Of a DNA stretch of 64,000 nt, positions 39,669 to 49,788 are shown piece after piece. The position numbers and the translations under genes were made by a program. Numbering within the stretch: the stretch's first letter is position 1; every line of letters starts with the position of its first letter. The notes under the pieces are model-generated. The model was not told the origin of the DNA. It saw nothing but the letters and a program-made list of their open reading frames with translations, and made no database searches. The DNA is from an uncultured Methylomirabilota bacterium (lineage in GTDB: Bacteria > Methylomirabilota > Methylomirabilia > Methylomirabilales > 2-02-FULL-66-22), in the NCBI GenBank assembly GCA_963845565.1, contig CAWJSJ010000002.1, forward strand, positions 2,304,001-2,368,000. Direction: 5' to 3'.

Positions 39669-40319
39669 ATGGCGGATAAGTCGGAACGCAAGAGCCGCGC
39701 CGCAGCAGCGGCAAAGACGGAGAAGGGCGAAAAGCCGGGGAAGGGCAAGACCGAGGCGGCGCCGGTCGTTCCTCGGGTGCCCGCGCGGTTGCGGGCGCGG
39801 TTCCGCGCCGAGATCGCCCCGGCACTGATGCGGCAGTTCAATTACACGAATCGGATGCAGGTCCCCGAGGTCAAGAAGGTCGTGGTCAACATGGGCCTCG
39901 GCGAGGCGGTCGCCAATGTCAAGGTGATCGACACCGCGGTGGCCGAGATGGCGACCATTACCGGGCAGAAACCGGTCGTGACGCGGGCGAAGAAATCAGA
40001 GGCTGCGTTCAAGCTGCGTGCGGGAATGCCGATCGGTTGCAAGGTGACGCTGCGGGGCGAGCGCATGTACGAATTCCTGGATCGACTGCTGTGTATCGCG
40101 CTGCCGCGTATCCGCGACTTTCGCGGGGTGCCTGGCAAGTCCTTCGACGGGCACGGGAACTACTCCCTGGGGATCCGGGAGCAACTGATCTTTCCCGAGA
40201 TCCGGTACGACAAAGTGGAGGCGACCCGGGGCATGGATATCTGTATCGAGACGTCCGCCCGGACCGATGAAGAGGCCCGGGCCCTGCTGGAACACATCGG
40301 CTTTCCGTTTCGGAAGTAG
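39669..40319 (+). CDS. rplE: 50S ribosomal protein L5 with N-terminal extension
   Basis: [25 protein letters not shown]. Confidence 0.98.
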   Translation: MADKSERKSRAAAAAKTEKGEKPGKGKTEAAPVVPRVPARLRARFRAEIAPALMRQFNYTNRMQVPEVKKVVVNMGLGEAVANVKVIDTAVAEMATITGQKPVVTRAKKSEAAFKLRAGMPIGCKVTLRGERMYEFLDRLLCIALPRIRDFRGVPGKSFDGHGNYSLGIREQLIFPEIRYDKVEATRGMDICIETSARTDEEARALLEHIGFPFRK

Positions 40320-40331
40320 ACGAGAGGCGCC

Positions 40332-40517
40332 ATGGCGAAGACCAGCCTGAAGATCAAGCAACAGCGAACCCCGAAGTTCGCGGTGCGTCGGTACAACCGG
40401 TGCCGCATCTGTGGACGGCCTCGGGGGTATCTGCGAAAATTCCAGATGTGCCGGGTGTGTTTCCGGAACCTGGCCCTGCGCGGCGAGATCCCGGGAGTGA
40501 TCAAGGCGTCCTGGTAG
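40332..40517 (+). CDS. rpsZ: 30S ribosomal protein S14 type Z (zinc-binding)
   Basis: 61 aa; [24 protein letters not shown]. Confidence 0.97.
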   Translation: MAKTSLKIKQQRTPKFAVRRYNRCRICGRPRGYLRKFQMCRVCFRNLALRGEIPGVIKASW

Positions 40518-40549
40518 TCCCGGGCCTCCGGTGACCAGTGGAGTGGCGA

Positions 40550-40948
40550 ATGTCAATGACCGACCCGATCGCAGACATGTTGACCCGAATCCGAAACGCC
40601 AACCAAGCGTTGCTCGAGCGGGTGGACATCCCAGCCTCCCGCTTCAAGGTGGAACTGGCGAAGATCCTCAAAGCCGAGGGCTTCATCCGGGCCTACCGCC
40701 TGATCGACGACAAGAAGCAGGGCGTCCTGCGGGTGTATCTGAAGTTCGGCGCGGGAAACGAGCGGGTCATTCAGGGACTACGGCGCGTCAGTCGACCCGG
40801 GCTTCGGGTCTACCGGAAATCCCCGAAGATCCCTCGCACGGTGGGGGCGTTAGGTGTGGCGGTGGTGTCCACCCCCCAGGGCCTGATGACCGGGAAGGTT
40901 GCCCGGGAACGGGGTCTGGGCGGTGAGGTGCTGTGTTACGTGTGGTAA
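40550..40948 (+). CDS. rpsH: 30S ribosomal protein S8
   Basis: [31 protein letters not shown]. Confidence 0.98.
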   Translation: MSMTDPIADMLTRIRNANQALLERVDIPASRFKVELAKILKAEGFIRAYRLIDDKKQGVLRVYLKFGAGNERVIQGLRRVSRPGLRVYRKSPKIPRTVGALGVAVVSTPQGLMTGKVARERGLGGEVLCYVW

Positions 40949-41026
40949 GACCGATGGCCCCTCGCGGCGGCGGGCCCACCACGGGTCGGTCGGACGCGAG
41001 GACGGGCGGCGCGGAGTCTTAGACGT

Positions 41027-41569
41027 ATGTCACGCATCGGCAAGCTTCCAGTTCCCGTCCCCGATGGGGTGCAGGTGGAGATCCAGGGTCAGACCGTGAC
41101 GGTGCGGGGACCCAAAGGAACCCTGAGCCTGGCGGCACATTCCGCCGTACAGGTGCAGGTCGAGGATCGCAACATCCTGTGCCGCCGGTCGACGGACGAG
41201 AAGTTCCACAAGGCCCTTCACGGCCTCACCCGCAGCCTCCTCCGGAACATGGTGGACGGGGTGGTGAAGGGATTCGAGCGCCGGCTTGATCTGGTCGGTG
41301 TTGGGTACCGGGCCTCCCTGCTGGGGTCGGGTTACCTGAACCTGGCACTGGGGTACTCGCATCCCATCATCTACCCCATTCCGCAGGGGGTCAAGATCGA
41401 GGTCAAGGATCAGACCCAGGTCCTGATCAGCGGTATCGACAAGCAGTTGGTTGGGGCGGTGGCGGCCAAGATCCGGAGCTTCCGGCCGCCGGAACCCTAC
41501 AAGGGGAAGGGCGTCAAGTACGCCGAGGAACGGATCCGGCGGAAGGCCGGGAAGGCCGGCGCGAAGTAG
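41027..41569 (+). CDS. rplF: 50S ribosomal protein L6
   Basis: [19 protein letters not shown]. Confidence 0.98.
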   Translation: MSRIGKLPVPVPDGVQVEIQGQTVTVRGPKGTLSLAAHSAVQVQVEDRNILCRRSTDEKFHKALHGLTRSLLRNMVDGVVKGFERRLDLVGVGYRASLLGSGYLNLALGYSHPIIYPIPQGVKIEVKDQTQVLISGIDKQLVGAVAAKIRSFRPPEPYKGKGVKYAEERIRRKAGKAGAK

Positions 41570-41598
41570 CGTCCGCGCGGGCGAGGAGAGGGCGGCAG

Positions 41599-41967
41599 GT
41601 GGCACAGGTTCAAGCGAAGCGAGCAGCGCGCGAGCGCAGACATCAGCGCGTACGGAAGGTGGTCCAGGGCACGGCTGTGCGACCGCGACTCTGTGTGTTT
41701 AAGAGCCTGCGGCACATCTACGCGCAGATCATCAACGACGAGGAGGGCCGGACGCTGGTGGCGGCGTCGACCGCCTCGAAAGGGTTCCCGCCGGCGGGCG
41801 AGCGCTTGAAGAAGACCGAGGCGGCCAAGGTCGTGGGGACGTTGGTGGCCGACCGGGCGCTGGCGGCCAAGATCGAGACGGTGGTCTTCGACCGGGGCGG
41901 GTATCCGTTCCACGGGCGGATCAAGGCCCTGGCGACCGCGGCCCGGGATAGGGGGTTGAAATTCTGA
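41599..41967 (+). CDS. rplR: 50S ribosomal protein L18
   Basis: [21 protein letters not shown]. Confidence 0.97.
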   Translation: MAQVQAKRAARERRHQRVRKVVQGTAVRPRLCVFKSLRHIYAQIINDEEGRTLVAASTASKGFPPAGERLKKTEAAKVVGTLVADRALAAKIETVVFDRGGYPFHGRIKALATAARDRGLKF

Positions 41968-42497
41968 TGGGTGCCGCACGGACGGTCCAGCGCATCAATC
42001 CGGAAGGGCTGCGTCTCACCGAGCGCGTGGTTCACATTAACCGGGTCGCCAAGGTGGTGAAGGGCGGCCGCCGGTTCAGTTTTGCCGCCCTGGTGGTGGT
42101 GGGTGACCAAGGTGGGCACGTGGGCATGGGACTGGGCAAAGCCAACGAAGTGCCCGAGGCCATCCGGAAAGCCATCGAGGAGGCGAAGAAGGGTTTGGTG
42201 AAGGTGTCCCTCCGCGACACGACCATCCCGCACGAAATCCTGGGCCACTACGGCGCCGGGCGCGTGCTGCTCAAACCCGCCTCCGCGGGGACGGGGATCG
42301 TGGCCGGTGGGGCGGCCCGCTCGGTCCTGGAGGTAGTGGGGGTGCGGGACATCCTGTCGAAGTCTCTGGGCTCCGACAACCCCCACAACGTCGTCAAGGC
42401 GACGATCCAGGGCCTCAAGGAACTCCGGACGGTGCAGGATGTGGAGCGGGCCCGTGGGCGGGAGGTCGTCGCGGCGCCGGAAGGAGGGCGGTCGTGA
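41967..42497 (+). CDS. rpsE: 30S ribosomal protein S5
   Basis: [22 protein letters not shown]. Confidence 0.98.
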   Translation: MGAARTVQRINPEGLRLTERVVHINRVAKVVKGGRRFSFAALVVVGDQGGHVGMGLGKANEVPEAIRKAIEEAKKGLVKVSLRDTTIPHEILGHYGAGRVLLKPASAGTGIVAGGAARSVLEVVGVRDILSKSLGSDNPHNVVKATIQGLKELRTVQDVERARGREVVAAPEGGRS

Positions 42498-42712
42498 GCG
42501 GGCATCTCAAGATCACGCTCCGCAAGAGCCGGATCCACTCCACGCCCCGCCAGCGGGAAGTGCTGCGTGGGCTCGGTCTGGGCCGGGTGGACTCCAGCGT
42601 CGTCCGACAGGATGACGCCGCCATTCGCGGCATGGTGTTCAAGGTGGTCCACCTTGTGGAGGTGGAATCGGTGACCGACGCCGAGCATGGACCGGGGAGC
42701 AAACGGCGATGA
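42494..42712 (+). CDS. rpmD: 50S ribosomal protein L30
   Basis: [23 protein letters not shown]; between rpsE and rplO. Confidence 0.93.
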   Translation: MSGHLKITLRKSRIHSTPRQREVLRGLGLGRVDSSVVRQDDAAIRGMVFKVVHLVEVESVTDAEHGPGSKRR

Positions 42713-43158
42713 AACTGCACGAGTTGAACTCGCCCGCCGGGTCGCACCAGCGGCGGAAGATCGTGGGGCGCGGCCCGGGGTCGGGCCACGGGAAAACCTC
42801 CGGCAGAGGCGAGAAGGGGCAGAAGGCCCGCTCGGGCGGGAGCAGCCATCCGTGGTTTGAGGGCGGGCAGCTCCCGCTGCACCGGCGGGTTCCCAAGCGG
42901 GGGTTCGTCAACATCTTCCGGAAGGAGTACGCCGTCCTGAACGTGAAGGACTTGGAGCGCTTCGCGGCGGGGACGGCGGTGTCGCCGGCCACGTTTGTCG
43001 AGGCAGGCCTGGTGAAGCGGGCCGCCGCCGTCGGGGTCAAGGTGCTCGGGGAGGGCAGCCTGACGAAGCCGCTGACCGTGTCGGCGCACCAATTCTCGAA
43101 GGTCGCCGCGGAGAAGATCCGAGCGGCTGGTGGCACCGTCGAGGTCATCGGATCGTGA
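42709..43158 (+). CDS. rplO: 50S ribosomal protein L15
   Basis: [23 protein letters not shown]. Confidence 0.98.
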   Translation: MKLHELNSPAGSHQRRKIVGRGPGSGHGKTSGRGEKGQKARSGGSSHPWFEGGQLPLHRRVPKRGFVNIFRKEYAVLNVKDLERFAAGTAVSPATFVEAGLVKRAAAVGVKVLGEGSLTKPLTVSAHQFSKVAAEKIRAAGGTVEVIGS

Positions 43159-44462
43159 TCGAGCAGGTTCGGAACATCTTCCGCGTTCCCGAGCTGAAGC
43201 GGCGGGTCCTCTTCACCTGTGCGCTGCTCATCGTGTACCGTATCGGGGCCCACGTTCCCACGCCGGGCATCGACGCCCACGCGCTGTCCCAGTTCTTCCA
43301 GACGCAGGCCGGGAACCTGCTTGGGTTCTTCGACCTCTTCTCGGGCGGCGCGCTGCGGCGCCTTTCGGTGTTCGCCCTGGGCATCATGCCGTATATTTCG
43401 GCCTCGATCATCCTGCAACTCTTGGCGGTGGTGGTTCCCGCGCTGGAACGGCTGCAGAAGGAAGGGGAGCAGGGCCGAAAGAAGATCACCCAGTACACCC
43501 GATTCGGAACGGTCGGGCTGGCGGGGATTCAGGGGCTCGGGATCGCCATCGGCCTGGAGAGCATGCAGATCCAGGGCGCCATGGTTGTGCCGAGCCCGGG
43601 CTGGGGTTTCCGGCTGATGACCACCGTCACGCTCACCGCCGGGACCATTTTTCTGATGTGGCTCGGGGAGCAGATCAGCGAGCGCGGCATCGGCAACGGC
43701 ATTTCCCTGTTGATCTTCGCGGGGATCATCGTGCGCTTGCCCGAGGCCATCCTGGCCTCGTGGACGTTGATCACCCAAGGGGAAATGAATCCGCTGGTTT
43801 TCCTGCTCCTCTTGGTGTTGATGGTGGCGGTCGTGGCCGGGGTCATCCTGATGACCTTGGGGCAGCGGCGCATCCCGGTGCAGTATGCGAAGCGGGTGGT
43901 CGGCCGCCGGGTCTATGGCGGGCAGAGCACCCACATTCCACTCCGGGTCAACACGGCGGGTGTCATCCCAGTCATCTTCGCCAGTTCCATCATCGCGTTT
44001 CCCGCCACGGTGGCGCAGTTCATCGACCACCCCTGGGCGAACGCGGTCAAGAATTTTCTGGCCTTCGGCGGGATCCCGTACACCCTGATCTACGCCGGGG
44101 GGATCATCTTCTTCACGTATTTCTACACCGCCATCGTCTTCAATCCCAGCGACGTGGCGGATAACATGAAGAAGTATGGTGGATTCATCCCGGGCCTCCG
44201 GCCGGGCAGCAAGACGGCGGAGTTCATCGAGCGGGTGCTGGACCGGGTGACCCTGGTCGGGGCGTTGTATCTGGCCGGCATCTCCATCCTGCCGGAGATC
44301 ATGATCACCTGGATGAACGTCCCGTTTTACTTCGGCGGGACCTCGCTCCTGATCGTGGTGGGCGTGGCGCTGGACACCGTGCAGCAGGTCGAGTCTCATC
44401 TGTTGATGCGGCATTACGAAGGCTTCCTGAAAAAGGCGAAGGTGCGCGGTCGGATCAGCTAG
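43155..44462 (+). CDS. secY: Preprotein translocase subunit SecY
   Basis: [40 protein letters not shown]. Confidence 0.99.
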   Translation: MIEQVRNIFRVPELKRRVLFTCALLIVYRIGAHVPTPGIDAHALSQFFQTQAGNLLGFFDLFSGGALRRLSVFALGIMPYISASIILQLLAVVVPALERLQKEGEQGRKKITQYTRFGTVGLAGIQGLGIAIGLESMQIQGAMVVPSPGWGFRLMTTVTLTAGTIFLMWLGEQISERGIGNGISLLIFAGIIVRLPEAILASWTLITQGEMNPLVFLLLLVLMVAVVAGVILMTLGQRRIPVQYAKRVVGRRVYGGQSTHIPLRVNTAGVIPVIFASSIIAFPATVAQFIDHPWANAVKNFLAFGGIPYTLIYAGGIIFFTYFYTAIVFNPSDVADNMKKYGGFIPGLRPGSKTAEFIERVLDRVTLVGALYLAGISILPEIMITWMNVPFYFGGTSLLIVVGVALDTVQQVESHLLMRHYEGFLKKAKVRGRIS

Positions 44463-44500
44463 CCCGGGCTTCGGCCGGCGCGGAGTGCGAATCAGCGACG

Positions 44501-45145
44501 ATGCGAATCATTCTCTTGGGCCCTCCGGGCGCTGGCAAGGGGACGCAAGCAAAGCTGCTCGTCGAGCGGCTGGGCGTTCCGCAGATCTCCACCGGCGACA
44601 TGTTGCGGGCCGCGGTGAAGGCGGGCACCCCGCTGGGGCGCGAGGCCAAGGCGTACATGGACCGCGGGGCCCTTGTCCCGGATGGGGTGATCATCGGGTT
44701 GGTCCGGGAGCGGTTGCAGTCCACCGATTGCATTCGCGGGTACATCCTGGACGGTTTCCCCAGGACTGTGGCCCAAGCGGAGGCGCTCGAGAAGGCATTG
44801 CTGGACCTCCGCCTCAGCTTGGATCACGTCCTGTGCCTGGAGGTTCCCCCCGAGGATCTGGTCGTGCGCATCGCGGGCCGCCGGACCTGTCGGGCGTGCG
44901 GGGCGATGTTTCATGTGCGCTTTTCGCCGGCCAAACGCGACGGTGTCTGCGACGCGTGCGGCGGCGAGACGTACCAGCGGGACGACGATCGGGAGGATAC
45001 CGTCCGGCATCGGCTCGAGGTGTACGCTCAGCAAACGGAACCCCTGGTCCGGTTTTTCGAAGGGCGAGGGCTGCTTCGGCGCATCGCCGGGACGGGCGAG
45101 ATCCCCGAGATCTTCGCCCGGATGGTCGAGAGCCTGGGCGGCTGA
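44501..45145 (+). CDS. adk: Adenylate kinase (zinc-LID type)
   Basis: GPPGAGKGTQ, LDGFPRT, CRAC..CDAC LID. Confidence 0.98.
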   Translation: MRIILLGPPGAGKGTQAKLLVERLGVPQISTGDMLRAAVKAGTPLGREAKAYMDRGALVPDGVIIGLVRERLQSTDCIRGYILDGFPRTVAQAEALEKALLDLRLSLDHVLCLEVPPEDLVVRIAGRRTCRACGAMFHVRFSPAKRDGVCDACGGETYQRDDDREDTVRHRLEVYAQQTEPLVRFFEGRGLLRRIAGTGEIPEIFARMVESLGG

Positions 45146-45148
45146 CGC

Positions 45149-45925
45149 ATGCGGGACCGAATCATCCTGAAGGCGCCCTGGGAACTGGAAATCCTGCGCA
45201 GGGCAAATCGGCTGGTCGCCGCGACCCTTCGGGAGTTGGCCAACCGGACGCTGCCCGGCGCCACCACTCTTGAGCTGGACCGCTTCGCCGAGACGTATCT
45301 CCGGGAACGGGGAGCGCAGCCGGCGTTCAAGGGGTATCGGGATTATCCGTTCACGCTCTGCGCCTCGATCAACGAGGCGGTGGTTCACGGGTTCCCGTCG
45401 ACCAGGCCCCTCCAGGAAGGGGATATTCTGAGCCTGGACATGGGTGCCGTGGTCGACGGATACTACGGCGACGCCGCGGTCACGCTGCCGATCGGACGAA
45501 TCTCCGCCGAGGCGGAGCGACTGCTCCGCGTGACGCAGGAATGTCTGGACCGGGCGGTGCGGGCTGCCCAACCGGGTGGGCGACTGGCCGAGATCTCGCG
45601 CGCCGTTCAAGAGCACGCCGAAGGGAACGGGTTCTCGGTGGTGCGGGTGTTCGTCGGGCACGGTATCGGGAAGGCGCTGCACGAGGCGCCGCAGATCCCG
45701 AACTTTGTGGAGGCCGGACAGGGGCGGGGTCCGGTGCTGAAGCCGGGGATGGTGCTGGCCATCGAGCCGATGATCAACGCGGGCGGTCCGGACGTGCGGG
45801 TGTTGGAGGACCGATGGACTGCGGTGACGACTGACGGCTCCCTGTCGGCCCACTTTGAGCATACGATCGCCATCACGGAGCAGGGGCCGGAGATTCTGAC
45901 GGTTCTGGACGGGCGCGGCGCCTGA
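45149..45925 (+). CDS. map: Type I methionine aminopeptidase
   Basis: VVHGFP, GYYGDAA, GHGIG..HEAP, AIEPM, SAHFEHT. Confidence 0.98.
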   Translation: MRDRIILKAPWELEILRRANRLVAATLRELANRTLPGATTLELDRFAETYLRERGAQPAFKGYRDYPFTLCASINEAVVHGFPSTRPLQEGDILSLDMGAVVDGYYGDAAVTLPIGRISAEAERLLRVTQECLDRAVRAAQPGGRLAEISRAVQEHAEGNGFSVVRVFVGHGIGKALHEAPQIPNFVEAGQGRGPVLKPGMVLAIEPMINAGGPDVRVLEDRWTAVTTDGSLSAHFEHTIAITEQGPEILTVLDGRGA

Positions 45926-45959
45926 CGCAGGCGCGGCCCATGCGAGGCACGCCGGGCTT

Positions 45960-46178
45960 ATGGCCAAAGAAGAGGCCATCGAAGTCGAGGGGACGGTGGT
46001 GGAGCCGCTCCCGAATGCCATGTTCCGGGTGGAACTGGAGACAGGACACAAGATCCTGGCCCATATTTCCGGCAAGATGCGGATGCATTTCATCCGGATC
46101 CTGCCGGGGGACAAGGTCACCGTGGAATTATCCCCCTACGACCTGACGCGGGGACGGATCATCTATCGCTTCAAGTGA
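45960..46178 (+). CDS. infA: Translation initiation factor IF-1
   Basis: [25 protein letters not shown]. Confidence 0.98.
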   Translation: MAKEEAIEVEGTVVEPLPNAMFRVELETGHKILAHISGKMRMHFIRILPGDKVTVELSPYDLTRGRIIYRFK

Positions 46179-46214
46179 CCCCGGGCTGGGGCAGGCCGGG
46201 AGACGGGTGCTCGG

Positions 46215-46328
46215 ATGAAGGTGCGGGCGTCGGTAAAGCCAATGTGCGAGAAGTGCAAGGTCATCAAGCGCAAGGGGGTCCTCCGCGTGGTCTGTGAGAA
46301 CCCCAAGCACAAGCAGCGCCAGGGCTAA
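46215..46328 (+). CDS. rpmJ: 50S ribosomal protein L36
   Basis: Not in the ORF track; translated by hand: [37 protein letters not shown]. Confidence 0.97.
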   Translation: MKVRASVKPMCEKCKVIKRKGVLRVVCENPKHKQRQG

Positions 46329-46365
46329 GCTGTAAGGCGCCGTCGGCGCGCCAGGGAGGTTTGCG

Positions 46366-46764
46366 GTGGCGAGAATTGCGGGCGTGGATCTGCCGCGGGA
46401 GAAGCGGCTGGAGGTCGCCCTCACCTACATCTTCGGGATCGGCCGTTCTCTGTCGCGGAAGATCCTGACCGAAGCCGAGGTCAGTGCGGAGGTCCGAGTC
46501 AAGGACCTCACCGAGGACCAGGTCAACAAGGTGCGCCGAGTCATCGAGGGCGGGTACCGCGTGGAAGGCGACCTGAAGCGCCAGGTGGCCATGGACGTGA
46601 AACGACTGATGGACATCGGCTGTTATCGCGGGCTGCGGCATCGCCGTGGGCTTCCGGTCCGCGGGCAGCGGACCAGCACCAACGCCCGCACCCGGAAGGG
46701 GCCGAAGCGGACCGTCGGTGTGAAGCGATCGGCCAAGACGTCCCCGACCGGCAAGGGGGCCTAG
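46366..46764 (+). CDS. rpsM: 30S ribosomal protein S13
   Basis: [26 protein letters not shown]. Confidence 0.98.
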   Translation: MARIAGVDLPREKRLEVALTYIFGIGRSLSRKILTEAEVSAEVRVKDLTEDQVNKVRRVIEGGYRVEGDLKRQVAMDVKRLMDIGCYRGLRHRRGLPVRGQRTSTNARTRKGPKRTVGVKRSAKTSPTGKGA

Positions 46765-46840
46765 GCCGGCGGGAGCTCGCGGGCGACCGCCTTGAGGCAG
46801 GCCGCTGCGGCATCGGTGCGGGACGGATCCGGAGGAACGA

Positions 46841-47245
46841 ATGGCGACACCAGCGAGACGAACAGGCCCCGCGCGCCCCAGCAAGAAGGAGGGCAAGGGG
46901 GTCACCCACGGCATCGCCTGCATCCAGGCGACCTTCAACAATACCATCGTGACCATCACCGACGGGACGGGTAACGTGGTTACCTGGGCGAGCGCGGGCA
47001 GTGTGGGTTTCAAGGGTTCCCGCAAGAGCACGCCCTTCGCGGCCCAGATGGCGGCCGAGAACGCGGCCCAGAAGGCGATCGGGCAGGGGATGAAAGAGGT
47101 CAAGGTCTATGTGAAGGGGCCCGGGGCCGGCCGGGAAGCGGCCATCCGCTCCCTGCAGGCGGCGGGACTGGAGATCACGGCCATCAAGGACGTGACGCCG
47201 ATCCCGCACAACGGGTGCCGGCCGCGCAAGCGGCGGCGTGTTTAA
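46841..47245 (+). CDS. rpsK: 30S ribosomal protein S11
   Basis: [26 protein letters not shown]. Confidence 0.98.
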   Translation: MATPARRTGPARPSKKEGKGVTHGIACIQATFNNTIVTITDGTGNVVTWASAGSVGFKGSRKSTPFAAQMAAENAAQKAIGQGMKEVKVYVKGPGAGREAAIRSLQAAGLEITAIKDVTPIPHNGCRPRKRRRV

Positions 47246-47260
47246 GAAGGAGTAGCGTCC

Positions 47261-47887
47261 GTGGCCCGATACACGAATCCGGTCTGCAAGCTGTGCCGAC
47301 GCGAAGGGGGCAAGCTGTTCCTGAAGGGCGATCGGTGCTTTACGGTCAAGTGCGCCGTCGAGAAGCGGAATTTTCCGCCCGGCCAGCACGGCCAGCGCCG
47401 CTCCAAGCCGTCCGAGTACGGCCTCCAGCTTCGCGAGAAGCAGAAGATGAAACGGATCTACGGCGTTCTCGAGACCCAGTTCCGAAACTATTTCGAGATG
47501 GCCGAGCGGCAGAAGGGGATCACCGGTGAGAACCTGGTCCGCCTCCTGGAGCAACGCTTGGACAACATCCTGCACCGCGTGGGGTTCGCGGCCTCGCGAG
47601 CCCAGGCGCGGGTGCTCGTGCGGCACGGACACTTCCGGGTGAACGGCCGGCGGGTGACCATCCCCTCGGTTCTCCTGCGGGCCGGCGACGTGGTCGAGGT
47701 CCAGCCGAAGAGCCGCGAGCTGGTCGAGATCGGCGCCGCACTGGAGGGGGCGAAAAAGCGTCGGGTGCCCGCCTGGCTGGAGTTGGACGCCGCCAATTTC
47801 AAGGGCACGGTGCGGACGCTGCCCAGCAAGGAAGAGATGGCCATCCCGGTTCAGGAGCAACTGGTGGTTGCCCTGTATTCGAAGTAG
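47261..47887 (+). CDS. rpsD: 30S ribosomal protein S4 (zinc-binding type)
   Basis: [29 protein letters not shown]. Confidence 0.98.
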   Translation: MARYTNPVCKLCRREGGKLFLKGDRCFTVKCAVEKRNFPPGQHGQRRSKPSEYGLQLREKQKMKRIYGVLETQFRNYFEMAERQKGITGENLVRLLEQRLDNILHRVGFAASRAQARVLVRHGHFRVNGRRVTIPSVLLRAGDVVEVQPKSRELVEIGAALEGAKKRRVPAWLELDAANFKGTVRTLPSKEEMAIPVQEQLVVALYSK

Positions 47888-47908
47888 GCGGCGAGGGAGA
47901 GGCTGAGC

Positions 47909-48913
47909 ATGCAGAAGTTCAAGGGATTCCAGAAGCCAAAGCGGCTGGAGTGCGAGCTGGAGACCCTCACCAGCACGTACGGGAAGTTTTTTGCGGAGCC
48001 GCTGGAACGCGGCTTCGGATTGACGCTGGGGAATTCGCTCCGACGGGTGCTCCTCTCGGCCATCGAAGGGGCGGCCGTGACCTCCGTCCGGATCGCCGGT
48101 GTCCTGCACGAATTCTCCACGATCCCGGGGGTCCGGGAGGACGTCACCGACGTCATCTTGAACCTGAAGCAGTTGCGTCTGAAGCTCTCCTCGGACGGGC
48201 CGAAGACCCTGACGCTGAAAGCGGCGGGAGAGGGCGAGGTGCGTGCCGCTCAGATCACGCCCGACGCCGACGTGGAGATCTTGACGCCCGACCTGTATCT
48301 CTGCAGTCTCGACAAGGACGGGCGGTTGGACGTGGAGTTGGAGATCCGACACGGTCGAGGTTACGTCCCGGCGGATCGGAACAAGCGGGAGGGGATGCCG
48401 GTGGACGTCATCCCCATCGACGCCATTTTCTCCCCGGTGCGGAAAGTCAACTTCCAGGTCGAGGATACACGCGTCGGTCAGGCGACGGACTACAACAAAT
48501 TGATCGTTGAGGTCTGGACCGACGGATCGGTGCTCCCGCAGGACGCCGTGGCCTACGCCGCCAAGATCCTCAAGGACCATTTGGCCATCTTCATCAACTT
48601 CGAGGAAGAGCCGGAAGGGGAAGAAGAGGCGGTGGACGAGGCCCGGGACCGGATGGTTGAGAACCTGAGCCGTCCGGTGGACGAATTGGAGTTGTCGGTC
48701 CGGTCGGCCAACTGTCTGAAAAATTCCAATATTCGCTTTATCTTCGAACTGGTGGAAAAGACCGAGGCCGAGATGCTCAAGACGAAGAATTTCGGCCGGA
48801 AGTCGCTGAACGAGATCAAGGAAATCCTGGCGACGATGGGGCTGAGCCTGGGGATGAAGTTGGAAGGCCTGCCCGTGGGCGAGGCCGCCAGGCGGAAGGC
48901 GGCCAAGGGCTAG
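47909..48913 (+). CDS. rpoA: DNA-directed RNA polymerase alpha subunit
   Basis: [35 protein letters not shown]. Confidence 0.99.
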   Translation: MQKFKGFQKPKRLECELETLTSTYGKFFAEPLERGFGLTLGNSLRRVLLSAIEGAAVTSVRIAGVLHEFSTIPGVREDVTDVILNLKQLRLKLSSDGPKTLTLKAAGEGEVRAAQITPDADVEILTPDLYLCSLDKDGRLDVELEIRHGRGYVPADRNKREGMPVDVIPIDAIFSPVRKVNFQVEDTRVGQATDYNKLIVEVWTDGSVLPQDAVAYAAKILKDHLAIFINFEEEPEGEEEAVDEARDRMVENLSRPVDELELSVRSANCLKNSNIRFIFELVEKTEAEMLKTKNFGRKSLNEIKEILATMGLSLGMKLEGLPVGEAARRKAAKG

Positions 48914-48953
48914 GGGCGACCCCATCCGGCGCACCCTGGGGAGACCAACGGCA

Positions 48954-49469
48954 ATGCGGCACAGGCAAGCGGGACGAAAACTCGGTCGGACCATGGCGCA
49001 TCGCGAAATGATGATGCGCAATCTGGTGACCTCCTTGGTTCTCTACGAGAAGATCATCACCACAGCGGCCAAGGCCAAGGATTTGCGTGGCGTCGCGGAG
49101 AAGATGGTCACGCTCGCCAAGCGCGAGGATCTCCACGCCCGACGGCAGGCCGCAGAGGTGCTGACCGATGACAAGGCGCTGAAGAAACTTTTCGAGACCA
49201 TCGGGGCGCGCTTCCGCGAGCGGGACGGCGGGTATACGCGGATCACCAAGCTCGATTATCGGATGGGCGACGGGGCCCCGCTGGCGGCCATCGAGTTCCT
49301 GGGGGCGGAACCGGCGGAGCCACCCAAGACAAAAACGAAGGCAAAGGCGAGTACCGCGGACAAGAGTGAGGACGACACGGCCACCCGGGCGCGGCGGCGC
49401 CGGCGGCGGCGCGGAAAGCGCGGCGGCGCGGCGGCAGAGACGGCTTCCCCATCCGGCTCCGAAGCCTGA
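48954..49469 (+). CDS. rplQ: 50S ribosomal protein L17 with long C-terminal extension
   Basis: MRHR..KLGR, GGYTRI..GDGAP. Confidence 0.97.
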   Translation: MRHRQAGRKLGRTMAHREMMMRNLVTSLVLYEKIITTAAKAKDLRGVAEKMVTLAKREDLHARRQAAEVLTDDKALKKLFETIGARFRERDGGYTRITKLDYRMGDGAPLAAIEFLGAEPAEPPKTKTKAKASTADKSEDDTATRARRRRRRRGKRGGAAAETASPSGSEA

Positions 49470-49504
49470 GCGGTCGGCTTCGCCAAGAAGGATACGGATC
49501 TCGT

Positions 49505-49545
49505 GCGCCCTTCCGCGTCACCCTGCGGGAGGGCGCTTTGCGTTT
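49505..49545 (+). terminator. Probable intrinsic terminator of the alpha operon
   Basis: GCGCCCTTCCGCG / TGCGGGAGGGCGC hairpin, then TTTGCGTTT. Confidence 0.6.
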
Positions 49546-49560
49546 CTGCCCGGGAGGCGG

Positions 49561-49638
49561 ATGATGGAGCTCCCGCTCAAATACGGATCGACCACGCAGT
49601 GGCTCCGGCTGGCACCGGATATCCGGCCGCGGTGCTGA
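49561..49638 (+). other. Small ORF (25 aa, MMELPLKYGSTTQWLRLAPDIRPRC): possible leader peptide or gene remnant
   Basis: SD GGGAGG before tandem ATGATG; last codons overlap the downstream terminator stem. Confidence 0.35.
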
Positions 49639-49670
49639 CCCCGCGGCGGCGGGCCGCGGCGTTTTTTCTT
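49626..49670 (+). terminator. Terminator/attenuator-like hairpin upstream of the EF-G2 gene
   Basis: GCCGCGG (49626-49632) / CCGCGGC (49654-49660), then GTTTTTTCTT. Confidence 0.55.
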
Positions 49671-49788
49671 GCGCCTGCCGAGGCGGGTGTGTTAGGAAAC
49701 CGAGGCTGGTCCGGCCTGTCCGGGATGCCGACCCGGCCCTGCCGGGCCGAGCACGCAGCTGACCCCATCTGGAATCGCGAGGGAGACC

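Noticed and set aside
49492..49589. 9-bp direct repeat ATACGGATC at 49492 and 49581 as a possible target-site duplication
   Set aside because: Too short to distinguish from chance, and no terminal inverted repeats of a mobile element lie between the copies.
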